64,000 nucleotides of DNA from Bacteriovoracia bacterium. GTDB lineage: Bacteria; Bdellovibrionota; UBA1018; CAIPTA01. The notes below the pieces were generated by a model. That model had not been told where the DNA came from. It ran no database searches and was given only the letters and a program-made list of their open reading frames with translations. A program made the position numbers and the translations under genes. The stretch covers positions 160,001 through 224,000 of the forward strand of contig JBFWVL010000003.1 of the NCBI GenBank assembly GCA_050246755.1, given 5' to 3'. This document shows, piece by piece, positions 39,027 to 46,986 of the stretch. Position 1 is the first letter of the stretch; every line of letters starts with the position of its first letter.

Positions 39027-39485
39027 ATGAAACAAATCTTGGCCCTATTGCTGTTGCTCCCGACCCTTTCCCAAGCCGCCGACTGCGTGGACCTTTCCGG
39101 TGACTTTTTCGTGAACGGACGCCGCCTTCCCGAACAGCGCTACGTGATGACCATACGCCAAACCGGCTGCGACCTCATCGCGGTAGGAGGTTATACCCTC
39201 GCCAACGGCACCCAGCGCGACGTGAAAAGCCCTCAGCCCATGTACGTGAACGAAGCCAAACGCGAACTCTGCCGGGCATGTGTTGGTTTCAAGGTAGCGA
39301 AAAATGCCTTCGAGATCCAAACCAACTCCCAAGTGGAAGTGGGAAAATCGATCTGCGCTTTCTCGAAAGTGAAAATGGACCTCCGCGGAAGAGATTTTCG
39401 CCAAACCTATACGCTCCGCGGAGAATCCGCCGCTTGCCGCAAAGTGGGCTCCACTCACGCGGTGGTGCAAGACCGCCTTCGCTAG
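39027..39485 (+). CDS. Secreted Cys-rich hypothetical protein
   Basis: AAGGA RBS, signal peptide, CVDLSG motif, 6 Cys. Confidence 0.8.
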   Translation: MKQILALLLLLPTLSQAADCVDLSGDFFVNGRRLPEQRYVMTIRQTGCDLIAVGGYTLANGTQRDVKSPQPMYVNEAKRELCRACVGFKVAKNAFEIQTNSQVEVGKSICAFSKVKMDLRGRDFRQTYTLRGESAACRKVGSTHAVVQDRLR

Positions 39486-40144
39486 GCTTTATCGTAGGTA
39501 AGAAAAAGCTCGCCGTCTAAGTTCCGGCACTCGGCGAGCTTCCAGCGCTGAAACTTTTCAAAGCCTTCACCTTCGAACCAAGTGGGGCTTTCGGCGCCAC
39601 CAACCAAGATCGGCGCCACGGTTAGGTAAATACGATTCACCAGTCCCGCCTCGAGGAAGCTGGCGTTGAATTCTCCGCCGCCCTCGAGCAATACCTTTTC
39701 GTAGCCCGCTCCCTGGAAGGCATGCAAAATTTCTTTGGGCATCGGGCGCAGGAGCCGTGAGCGAATCACTTTGGCACCAGAAACTTCGATCATCTTCACA
39801 CGGGTGGCGGAAGCGCGAGTTCCGCAAAAAACCCAGCGGGCGATCTCGGTGGCTTTTTCCCAGGGAGTGTCGCGGGCGAAATCCAGGCGGCTGGAAACGA
39901 AGGCCGAGGCGGGCTGCGCGGACTTGCCGGCTTTTTTTCTCCGCGCGATCAGATCTTCGCCTTCCACTACTAGGGGATAGGGATGGGCCTTGAAGGTGGC
40001 GGCGCCGTTAATCACCACGTCGTGCTCAGCGCGAATTTCTGCCATGCGTCGAGAGTCATGGGCCGAGCCTAGCTTCACGGGTCCGCGCTTCTTCGTGGCA
40101 ATTTTACCATCTAGGCTCATCGCCATATTGATCGAGACGTACAT
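39482..40144 (-). CDS. RibD C-terminal / dihydrofolate reductase-like protein
   Basis: AMSLDGKIA, LLEGGGE and TVAPILVGG motifs. Confidence 0.88.
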   Translation of the reverse strand: MYVSINMAMSLDGKIATKKRGPVKLGSAHDSRRMAEIRAEHDVVINGAATFKAHPYPLVVEGEDLIARRKKAGKSAQPASAFVSSRLDFARDTPWEKATEIARWVFCGTRASATRVKMIEVSGAKVIRSRLLRPMPKEILHAFQGAGYEKVLLEGGGEFNASFLEAGLVNRIYLTVAPILVGGAESPTWFEGEGFEKFQRWKLAECRNLDGELFLTYDKA

Positions 40145-40188
40145 AGGGCTTTCCTGCCTTTCAGGGAGAAGAAATGCAAGGGAATGTA

Positions 40189-40217
40189 TTGAAATCAGGG
40201 GGCCAACGCACTAGCAT
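40189..40217 (+). promoter_or_regulatory. sigma70-like promoter, probably near-leaderless
   Basis: TTGAAA-N17-TAGCAT, ending 8 nt before GTG 40226; no SD sequence. Confidence 0.5.
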
Positions 40218-40225
40218 CGCTCGTC

Positions 40226-41482
40226 GTGGCCAAACCCCAAATCAGCGTAATTATCTCTGCCAAAAATGAAGCCAATCGATTCATGCCTTGCCTTGAATCG
40301 CTGGCTAAGCAGAAGAGCAAAACCCCCTTCGAAGTGCATTTCGTAGACAACGCCTCCACCGATGGCACTTATGGCAAAGCGCGTAAATGGGTGGAAACGA
40401 ATAAACAGAAAAACTTCTTCGTGTGGCGGGAGAGAAAGCCGGGAAGCCCATCCGCGCGTAACTACGGCGCCCGCCGCGCCCGTGGGCAAATTTTACTATT
40501 TACCGACGCCGACTGCCGCCTCGCTCCCAACTGGGTGCAGGAAATGAGCAAGCCCCTGCTCGAATCCACGCACTACCCCCTCGCGGCGGTGGGCGGGAAA
40601 ACGCTGAGCGAATTTAAGGCGGAAAAACCCAACCTCTGGGAAAAATACCTCGATCAGCTCTTCGATTTCTGGGAGAACGATCGCCTCAATGCCTTTCCGG
40701 CCTTTCTTCCCTGGGCCCCCACCTGCAATCTCGCGGTAAAAAAAGACATCTTCGAGGCCATCGGCGGCTTCGACGAAAACTGGAAGAGCGCCGCCTATGA
40801 CGTGGATCTTTGCTGGAGGATCATTCTCTGCGGCTTCACGCTCGGCTACGCGCCGAAAGCCCAGGCCCGCCACCTCCGCCGCTCTAGCCTGCGCTCCCTG
40901 CTGCGCCAGATGGAGAATTACGCTTTCTATAATTACTCCCTCCTCGCCACCTACGAAAAGCTCCTCAACCTTCCGGCCCTCACGGCGCGAAAAGAGAGAA
41001 TGCTCAGCCGCGGGCGCCGCCTCTTCGCCCTTCTCGGCGACACCAAAAATCTACCCCAGGCCACCTTCCGGGGAATGGACGTACTCGTGGGCCTTTCCGC
41101 GCTGAAGGGCGATCTTGAGGCCCGCGTAGTGGGCGCCAAGGGCAATCCCCGCCTCAACAGCAGCCGCCAGGGAAAAACCCCTGCCGATCTACTGCATCTT
41201 CTGCCCCGTGGTTACGCCCACCTGCACCAGGAGGGATGGTCCTACTGGAAAAGCCCGGCCGACGTGCAGCCCGATACCGGAGATCTTATTTTGTTCCGCC
41301 CCCGCGCCAGCGAACGTTTTCGTTTTAACGAGAGTGCCTGGAGAATCTGGGAAGTGAAATCCGAGGGCGGGCAAAGCGAAGATGCGGCCGAAGCCCTCGA
41401 GCAAGACCCGCACAACAAAAAAGTTCTCTACGATATCGACCAGCTCACCCTCGACCTTCGCTCGAGGAGACTCCTCCCGTGA
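40226..41482 (+). CDS. GT2 glycosyltransferase with C-terminal PqqD/RRE-like domain
   Basis: VDNASTD, ARNYG, FTDADC and DVDLCWR motifs; C-terminal LILF...RFRFNESAWRIWE...AAEAL...DIDQLTLDLRSRRLL resembles PqqD. Confidence 0.85.
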   Translation: MAKPQISVIISAKNEANRFMPCLESLAKQKSKTPFEVHFVDNASTDGTYGKARKWVETNKQKNFFVWRERKPGSPSARNYGARRARGQILLFTDADCRLAPNWVQEMSKPLLESTHYPLAAVGGKTLSEFKAEKPNLWEKYLDQLFDFWENDRLNAFPAFLPWAPTCNLAVKKDIFEAIGGFDENWKSAAYDVDLCWRIILCGFTLGYAPKAQARHLRRSSLRSLLRQMENYAFYNYSLLATYEKLLNLPALTARKERMLSRGRRLFALLGDTKNLPQATFRGMDVLVGLSALKGDLEARVVGAKGNPRLNSSRQGKTPADLLHLLPRGYAHLHQEGWSYWKSPADVQPDTGDLILFRPRASERFRFNESAWRIWEVKSEGGQSEDAAEALEQDPHNKKVLYDIDQLTLDLRSRRLLP

Positions 41483-43179
41483 AGCCCGGAAAAGCGCGCC
41501 TGCAGCGCCAGGCGCTGGCCTTGCGCAAAATTCCCGGAATAAAAACTCTCTACCGGCTCTGGTACTCGGTAGGACGACGCCTGCTCACCCGCTTCGCGGG
41601 CTCCCACGCGGAGGTGATTTCGGTATACTTGCGCCGCGGCGGCGGCCGAGACGAGCTGGTGCCCGGAGCCAGCGACCTGGATTTTTTCCTCGTGCTGGAA
41701 ACACTTCCCGCCGAGCAGGAAATGGAGTTCCTAAAGCGCTTCTGGGCGGGATACCACCGCCTCCGCTGGCCCTTCCCCTTTCTCGGCGAAGTATTGATGG
41801 GAGACGAGAACGAGCTCCGCGCCTGGCTAAGCACTCCGGGCGCGCGCGCTTACGAAGCTCGTTTCTCCTGGAAACTTCTGCGCGGCAAGGATTGCTTGCA
41901 GGTAGTTCCGGTAAGGCCAGACCTCCGCGATCTTTTTAGCGAAAGCCTCAAGCACTTTTCCGATCTACTGCAGTCGGTGCTCAAATTAAGGCCGGAAGAA
42001 TTCCACGCGGGCATCGCTTCTCACCAGGCGGGCGCCGTGCACCTCCGGCACGCCGCGAAGGCGGCCTTAGATCTATTTCGCTTCCACGCCAGTGCTTTCG
42101 CCCACAACGAGAATCTCTGGCGCGCCTCCCGCCTAACCCTTACCGAAATCCTTCCTCCGGCCTACGGAGCGAATTTACGCGCGCTCCAGCCTATCCTTCG
42201 CCTGGATTCGCGCCCTTTCGGGGAAGATCCTTTCGCGGTCTATTCCGCCCTGGCCCATACCGCGATCCACTGCCTCCATGAGATGGCTTCGGCACTCACG
42301 GCGCGCGGGGAGGAGGAAGCGGTATTTGCCGTAAGCCAAAAGGCGCAGACCGGCTCGGATCCCTATTCTCTATCGGTGAGAGAGCTCTTCGCCGAAAGAA
42401 CGCTATTGCGCCACTCCGAAATTCTAGCGAGCGCGGTCCTTTCCGAAAATACCGCCGCCATGTATTTCACGATGCCTTCACCGCCATCCCTCGAGGAGCT
42501 GCGAGCCTTGATGCTCGACCTGCGTGAAGTGAGCTTTTCCTTCGATCGCCTTAGCGTGGCGATGCCGCTCACCGTGGCCACCTTCCGCGAGCTCGAGCGC
42601 ACTTCCCTGCTCGATTCTCCGTTTCATTCTTTTTGCCGCCAGCGCGAGATCAAGGCCGACGCCGCCGGAAATCTGGAAACGAAACCGTACGAAATGCCAC
42701 CGGCGCGGATTCCGCTCGGCATGCTGCGAAAGACCTTTGCGGAACTGAGCTTCGGCCTGCGGCTCGAGCCGACCGAGCTTCCTCATTTCCTGGATAAGAT
42801 CGTAGGCATGGTGCTTGGCCTGCGGCTCGCGGCCGACCACCGGGAAGTGAGCGCTGATTTTCGCCAGGCTCTTTCCCTTTTCGGAGTCCGCTATCCTCTT
42901 CGCGTGGAGCATCTCAAGGCGAAAATTCATCCCTACGTTTCCGGGGATGCGGAAGAAAAAATCTGGGACGATATCTATTCCCGCTTAGCCGAAGAGCAAG
43001 GCACGCAAGCAGACTTTCTCCGCTCCCAGCTCGGAGAGCTGCGGCGGAAGAACGGCGCTCTTGCCGGATCCCAAAACGCCGTTTCTGATCTCTGGATCAA
43101 CCTCACCCCTTTCTTGCGGATGGAAATGAACGCCATGAAGGAAAAATACTTTGAAGAGCGGCCGGTGCTAAAAATATGA
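41479..43179 (+). CDS. Nucleotidyltransferase-like protein (Pol-beta fold N-domain)
   Basis: SVYLRRGGG-x8-SDLDFFLV motif; remainder not recognised. Confidence 0.6.
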   Translation: MKPGKARLQRQALALRKIPGIKTLYRLWYSVGRRLLTRFAGSHAEVISVYLRRGGGRDELVPGASDLDFFLVLETLPAEQEMEFLKRFWAGYHRLRWPFPFLGEVLMGDENELRAWLSTPGARAYEARFSWKLLRGKDCLQVVPVRPDLRDLFSESLKHFSDLLQSVLKLRPEEFHAGIASHQAGAVHLRHAAKAALDLFRFHASAFAHNENLWRASRLTLTEILPPAYGANLRALQPILRLDSRPFGEDPFAVYSALAHTAIHCLHEMASALTARGEEEAVFAVSQKAQTGSDPYSLSVRELFAERTLLRHSEILASAVLSENTAAMYFTMPSPPSLEELRALMLDLREVSFSFDRLSVAMPLTVATFRELERTSLLDSPFHSFCRQREIKADAAGNLETKPYEMPPARIPLGMLRKTFAELSFGLRLEPTELPHFLDKIVGMVLGLRLAADHREVSADFRQALSLFGVRYPLRVEHLKAKIHPYVSGDAEEKIWDDIYSRLAEEQGTQADFLRSQLGELRRKNGALAGSQNAVSDLWINLTPFLRMEMNAMKEKYFEERPVLKI

Positions 43180-44279
43180 AATCAATTTCTTTACTGATCC
43201 CGGTGCTGAACGAAGAGGATAACCTTCCTTCGCTTTTTCGCGCGCTCACCGCTTTGCGAAAAAAGAGCGGATCCCTGGATATTCTCTTCATCGATAACGG
43301 CTCCGAGGACGAGTCTGTCTCCTTGATCGAAAAATTCTGCGTCTCACAATCCGGGGTGCGTCTCGTGCACGAAAAAGAGCGCGGCTTCGCCCAGCCCTTG
43401 AACCGCGGCCTCGCCGAGGCTAAGGGCGAATATTTACTCTTCCTCGATGCCGATGCCTTGCCGGACCCGAATTGGGCTGAAGCCATGCGCGAGGCCCTCG
43501 CCGAAAGCGATGTTGCAGTGGGAGAAACGAGTTCGTTTTTGTCGGGACGCGCTACTCCTTATGGAAAGCTTTCGCTCGCGCTTTTCAAGAATCACTCGGC
43601 TTCTGCCGCAAGGGCCGAGGGCCACGCTCTTCCCTGGGGGCCCACCTGCAACCTCGGAGTGCGAAGATCCGTGTTCAATAAAGTGGACCTCTTCTCTCCC
43701 GAAGCGGGGGGCGCCTTCGATATCGATTGGTGCTGGCGCGCCGTGCTTCAGGGAGCCCGGCTAGCCTATATTCCCGGCGCCAAGGTGAAGCACCGCCGCC
43801 GCAACGAGCGCGAGGCTCTCCTCCACCAATTCGATCGCTATGGCCGCGGCGAAGCTTGGCTGCAGCGCACGTATGCCTTCCTCACTGGCGACGAAAAGAT
43901 CGATCCGCTTCAGGCGAGCCTCGAAGGCTACCAACGCCTAAAGCTGCGAGCCCCAAAAGCCAAGGGCGCCGAGGAAGTGGCGGTGGCCTTCGCCTCGGGA
44001 GTGCGCGCGGGCTATAGCGGATTTTTCCGTCCTTGCCCTTTGCCGCGGCCCCAGCCCTCAAAAGCCGTTTACTGGAATAATGCCGCGAAGGGAGTGACCG
44101 TATTTGTGCCGGGCAAGGGAGTTACGGAATTCGCCGGCAAAGGCCTCAAAGCCTGGGAAGCCGTGCGGAGCGGAGCGAGCGATGCCGAGCTCGCCGCGAT
44201 CATGACCAAACTCTTCCGCGTGCCGGCTAAGCATGCCCTCGCCGAAGCACGCGAATTCAGAAAGGCCCTCAGTGTATGA
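43176..44279 (+). CDS. GT2 glycosyltransferase with C-terminal PqqD/RRE-like domain (paralog)
   Basis: IDNGSED, FLDADA, LPWGPTCNL and DIDWCWR motifs; C-terminal GLKAWEAV.SGASDAELAAIMTKLFRVPAKHALAEAREF. Confidence 0.85.
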   Translation: MKSISLLIPVLNEEDNLPSLFRALTALRKKSGSLDILFIDNGSEDESVSLIEKFCVSQSGVRLVHEKERGFAQPLNRGLAEAKGEYLLFLDADALPDPNWAEAMREALAESDVAVGETSSFLSGRATPYGKLSLALFKNHSASAARAEGHALPWGPTCNLGVRRSVFNKVDLFSPEAGGAFDIDWCWRAVLQGARLAYIPGAKVKHRRRNEREALLHQFDRYGRGEAWLQRTYAFLTGDEKIDPLQASLEGYQRLKLRAPKAKGAEEVAVAFASGVRAGYSGFFRPCPLPRPQPSKAVYWNNAAKGVTVFVPGKGVTEFAGKGLKAWEAVRSGASDAELAAIMTKLFRVPAKHALAEAREFRKALSV

Positions 44280-46477
44280 AGCCCAAGATGCTGGTACTGG
44301 CAAAAACCTTGCCCCTCCACGACCGCGCCAGCGGAGACTACCGTCTCTTTCAGATTCTGGATATTCTTCGTAAAGACCTCGACATCGATTTCCTCTCCAC
44401 GATGCACACCGCTTACCACAAAGCCGAGAAGCGCCTCGACTATATCGTGCGCGATTCCACGTTCAATTTTAACAAAGTAGATTTTCTCGACCAGAAATAC
44501 ATCGACGATCTGAAAGCTATCGGCGTGAATCCCCTGAACCAGGCCAAGCCGGTTCCGTTCACGATCCGACCCACGAACGACTTCGATATCCGCCCTTTCC
44601 TCGCCGAGAAACAGTACGACATCGTGTGGGTGGAATTTTTCTACTTAGCTGATCAGTATATCAGCGATATCCGCCGTTTTCAGCCGGGCGCGAAGGTGAT
44701 CTGCGATTCGGTGGACCTCCATTTCCGCCGCCTCGCCCGCCAATCGCATTACCTCGAGCAGGGCGTGCGCTATCTGGTGAATTACCGCCACGAAAAAAAA
44801 CAAACGAGCTCGGCCGCCCACAAACAAAAAGTGCTCGACCACCGCAACTACGCCGACCACGTGCGCGAGCACGAGCTTTCGGCCTACGCGAAATGCGACG
44901 CCGTGGTGGCCGTGAGCGAGGACGATCGCCAGGAGATGGCGCGGCACATACCGAACCTGCCCCTGCTGTTCATTCCCAACATTCACCGCGAGCAGAAAAT
45001 CCGCGAAGACCTGCAGCAGCCTTGGGAAAAGCGCCAAGGCTGCGTGTTCGTGGGAAATTTCGACCATAATCCGAACGTGTCCGCCGCCATCTACCTGAAG
45101 CACGAGGTGGCTCCCTTTCTCGCCAGCGACGATATCCGTTTCCAGATCGTGGGCTCGAATCCCCCGCGGATCGTGCGCACGCTCGGGCAATTCGGGCCGG
45201 CGAAAGAAAAATTCGAAGTCACGGGTTACGTGCCCGATACCGCCCCCTACCTCGCCGGCGCACGGGTGAGCGTGGCCCCCATTCTCTTCGGCGCGGGTAT
45301 GAACGGCAAAATCGGCGAAGCCATGGCCGCGGGCTTGCCGGTGGTGACCACTTCGCTCGGCGCGCTCGGCATGGGCCTCACCAACGGTGAGAATTGCCTC
45401 GTGGCCGACGATCCCGAAGGCTTCGCGAACGCGATCCGCGCCCTCCACGACGATAAAATCCTCTGGGAAAAAATCCGCGCGAATGCCTCCGTTTTCTTGA
45501 AAAAATCTTTTTCCCGCCAGGAGCTCGATCGCCACGTGCGCGGAGAGCTGAAGCAGCAGATCGCCGAAGCCAAGCGCGCGAAGGCCGCGGGAAAATTATT
45601 ACGGGCCGTAGCGCGCTTGCCCAAGTCCTCCCTCTCGCTTCCGCCCGCGAATTTTCCGGCTCGCCCGAAGAAACCGAAATTCACGGTGATCATTCTGGCC
45701 TTCAACCAATGGCAGTTCACGGACCTCTGCTTACGCAGCTTGGCCGTGGCCGATAAAAAGCACCCTGAACTGAAGGTGGAATACCTGCTCGTAGACAACG
45801 CATCTTCCGATGGCACAGCCGCCAAGGCCGCCAAGGTAAAAAACCTGCGCATTCTGCAAAACCAGGAAAATCTGGGCTTTGCCGGGGGCAATAATAGCGG
45901 AATCCGCGCCGCTAAGGGCGAGCATATCGTGATCTTAAACAACGACACGATCGTTCCCCCCGACTGGCTCGCGCGCCTCAACCAACACCTCGAAACCATT
46001 CCCGACCTCGGCATCCTCGGCCCTTCGGCCAATACCGAATCGGGCCAAGCCATCTTCGGCGTGCGCTATAATTCAATCCGCGATTTTTTTGAGTACAATG
46101 ATCGCCTCGGCCGCGATCAGGCCGGCGCCTGGGAACGCGTGAAAAAGATTTCCGGGCTCTGCATGCTGCTTCCCCGCGCTACCCTCGATAAAGTGGGCCT
46201 GCTCGATACGGACTTCGGCATCGGCTACTTCGAAGACGACGACCTCTGCCTGCGCGCCGAAGACAAGGGCCTCAAACTGGTATGGGCCAAAGACGTGTAC
46301 GTGCACCACTTCGGCAGCATGAGCTTCGAGGGAAATTCACTGAAGCGGGCAAAGTTCTTGGAAGAAGGAATGGCGCGCTTCGCCTTCAAATGGGGCAAGC
46401 GTGGCCTAGAGCATATCGCCAAGGCCCATAAAGAAACGTTGCTGCGTACCCGTAAACCGAAGACGCTCGCGTTCTAG
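44276..46477 (+). CDS. Bifunctional GT4-GT2 glycosyltransferase
   Basis: N-half DSVDLH, FVGNFDHNPN, GKIGEAMAAGLPVV; C-half VDNASSD, LNNDT, GYFEDDD. Confidence 0.9.
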   Translation: MKPKMLVLAKTLPLHDRASGDYRLFQILDILRKDLDIDFLSTMHTAYHKAEKRLDYIVRDSTFNFNKVDFLDQKYIDDLKAIGVNPLNQAKPVPFTIRPTNDFDIRPFLAEKQYDIVWVEFFYLADQYISDIRRFQPGAKVICDSVDLHFRRLARQSHYLEQGVRYLVNYRHEKKQTSSAAHKQKVLDHRNYADHVREHELSAYAKCDAVVAVSEDDRQEMARHIPNLPLLFIPNIHREQKIREDLQQPWEKRQGCVFVGNFDHNPNVSAAIYLKHEVAPFLASDDIRFQIVGSNPPRIVRTLGQFGPAKEKFEVTGYVPDTAPYLAGARVSVAPILFGAGMNGKIGEAMAAGLPVVTTSLGALGMGLTNGENCLVADDPEGFANAIRALHDDKILWEKIRANASVFLKKSFSRQELDRHVRGELKQQIAEAKRAKAAGKLLRAVARLPKSSLSLPPANFPARPKKPKFTVIILAFNQWQFTDLCLRSLAVADKKHPELKVEYLLVDNASSDGTAAKAAKVKNLRILQNQENLGFAGGNNSGIRAAKGEHIVILNNDTIVPPDWLARLNQHLETIPDLGILGPSANTESGQAIFGVRYNSIRDFFEYNDRLGRDQAGAWERVKKISGLCMLLPRATLDKVGLLDTDFGIGYFEDDDLCLRAEDKGLKLVWAKDVYVHHFGSMSFEGNSLKRAKFLEEGMARFAFKWGKRGLEHIAKAHKETLLRTRKPKTLAF

Positions 46478-46986
46478 GGAACGCGCTTGAACTTGCCGTT
46501 AATAAAATTGTAAGTGCGATCGCTAACCTTATCGCTGAATTCACCGCGTTCCGTAATGCGAGTCGTCACGCGTCCACGGCGGTCCATGCGAACGGCGCCT
46601 ACGGAATCCACCGGTAGGTAGTCGGTGTCCGCAGATTTTCCCACGATCATCGGCACGAACTTCTTTTCCTTCGCGCTATACTGATAAATATAGAGACCGC
46701 CCGAGATTGGCGAAAACATCACGCGCACCGCGAAGTCCTCGGAACCGTCTGCGTTGAAATCCTGGATCGCGATCGCGGCCTGGTGGCCTTCGTAATCGAA
46801 AGGCACGAAGTCCTCCTCGATTCTCTGATTGTTCCCCGACGGTAAACGCACGCTGAGCACATATTGCCCCTGCGACTCGCGCATGTTCACCGAGGCTTTT
46901 CCGTTCTCGCCCAAGTTGAGTTCCTCGGCCTGAACGGGGGTGGTCACAAATAGTAGGGCGGCGATCAGCCAAAGCTTTAGCGACAT
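46474..46986 (-). CDS. Secreted protein with DxNxDG Ca-binding-like loop; candidate hydrolase inhibitor
   Basis: Signal peptide ending VQA; QDFNADGSEDFAV...YIYQY...KKF; overlaps the upstream GH73 gene by 10 nt. Confidence 0.75.
   Translation of the reverse strand: MSLKLWLIAALLFVTTPVQAEELNLGENGKASVNMRESQGQYVLSVRLPSGNNQRIEEDFVPFDYEGHQAAIAIQDFNADGSEDFAVRVMFSPISGGLYIYQYSAKEKKFVPMIVGKSADTDYLPVDSVGAVRMDRRGRVTTRITERGEFSDKVSDRTYNFINGKFKRVP

Noticed and set aside
40170-40270. Second small precursor ORF upstream of the GT2-RRE operon (MQGNVLKSGGQRTS...)
   Set aside because: No YxxPxL motif; it overlaps the promoter and the GT2 start.
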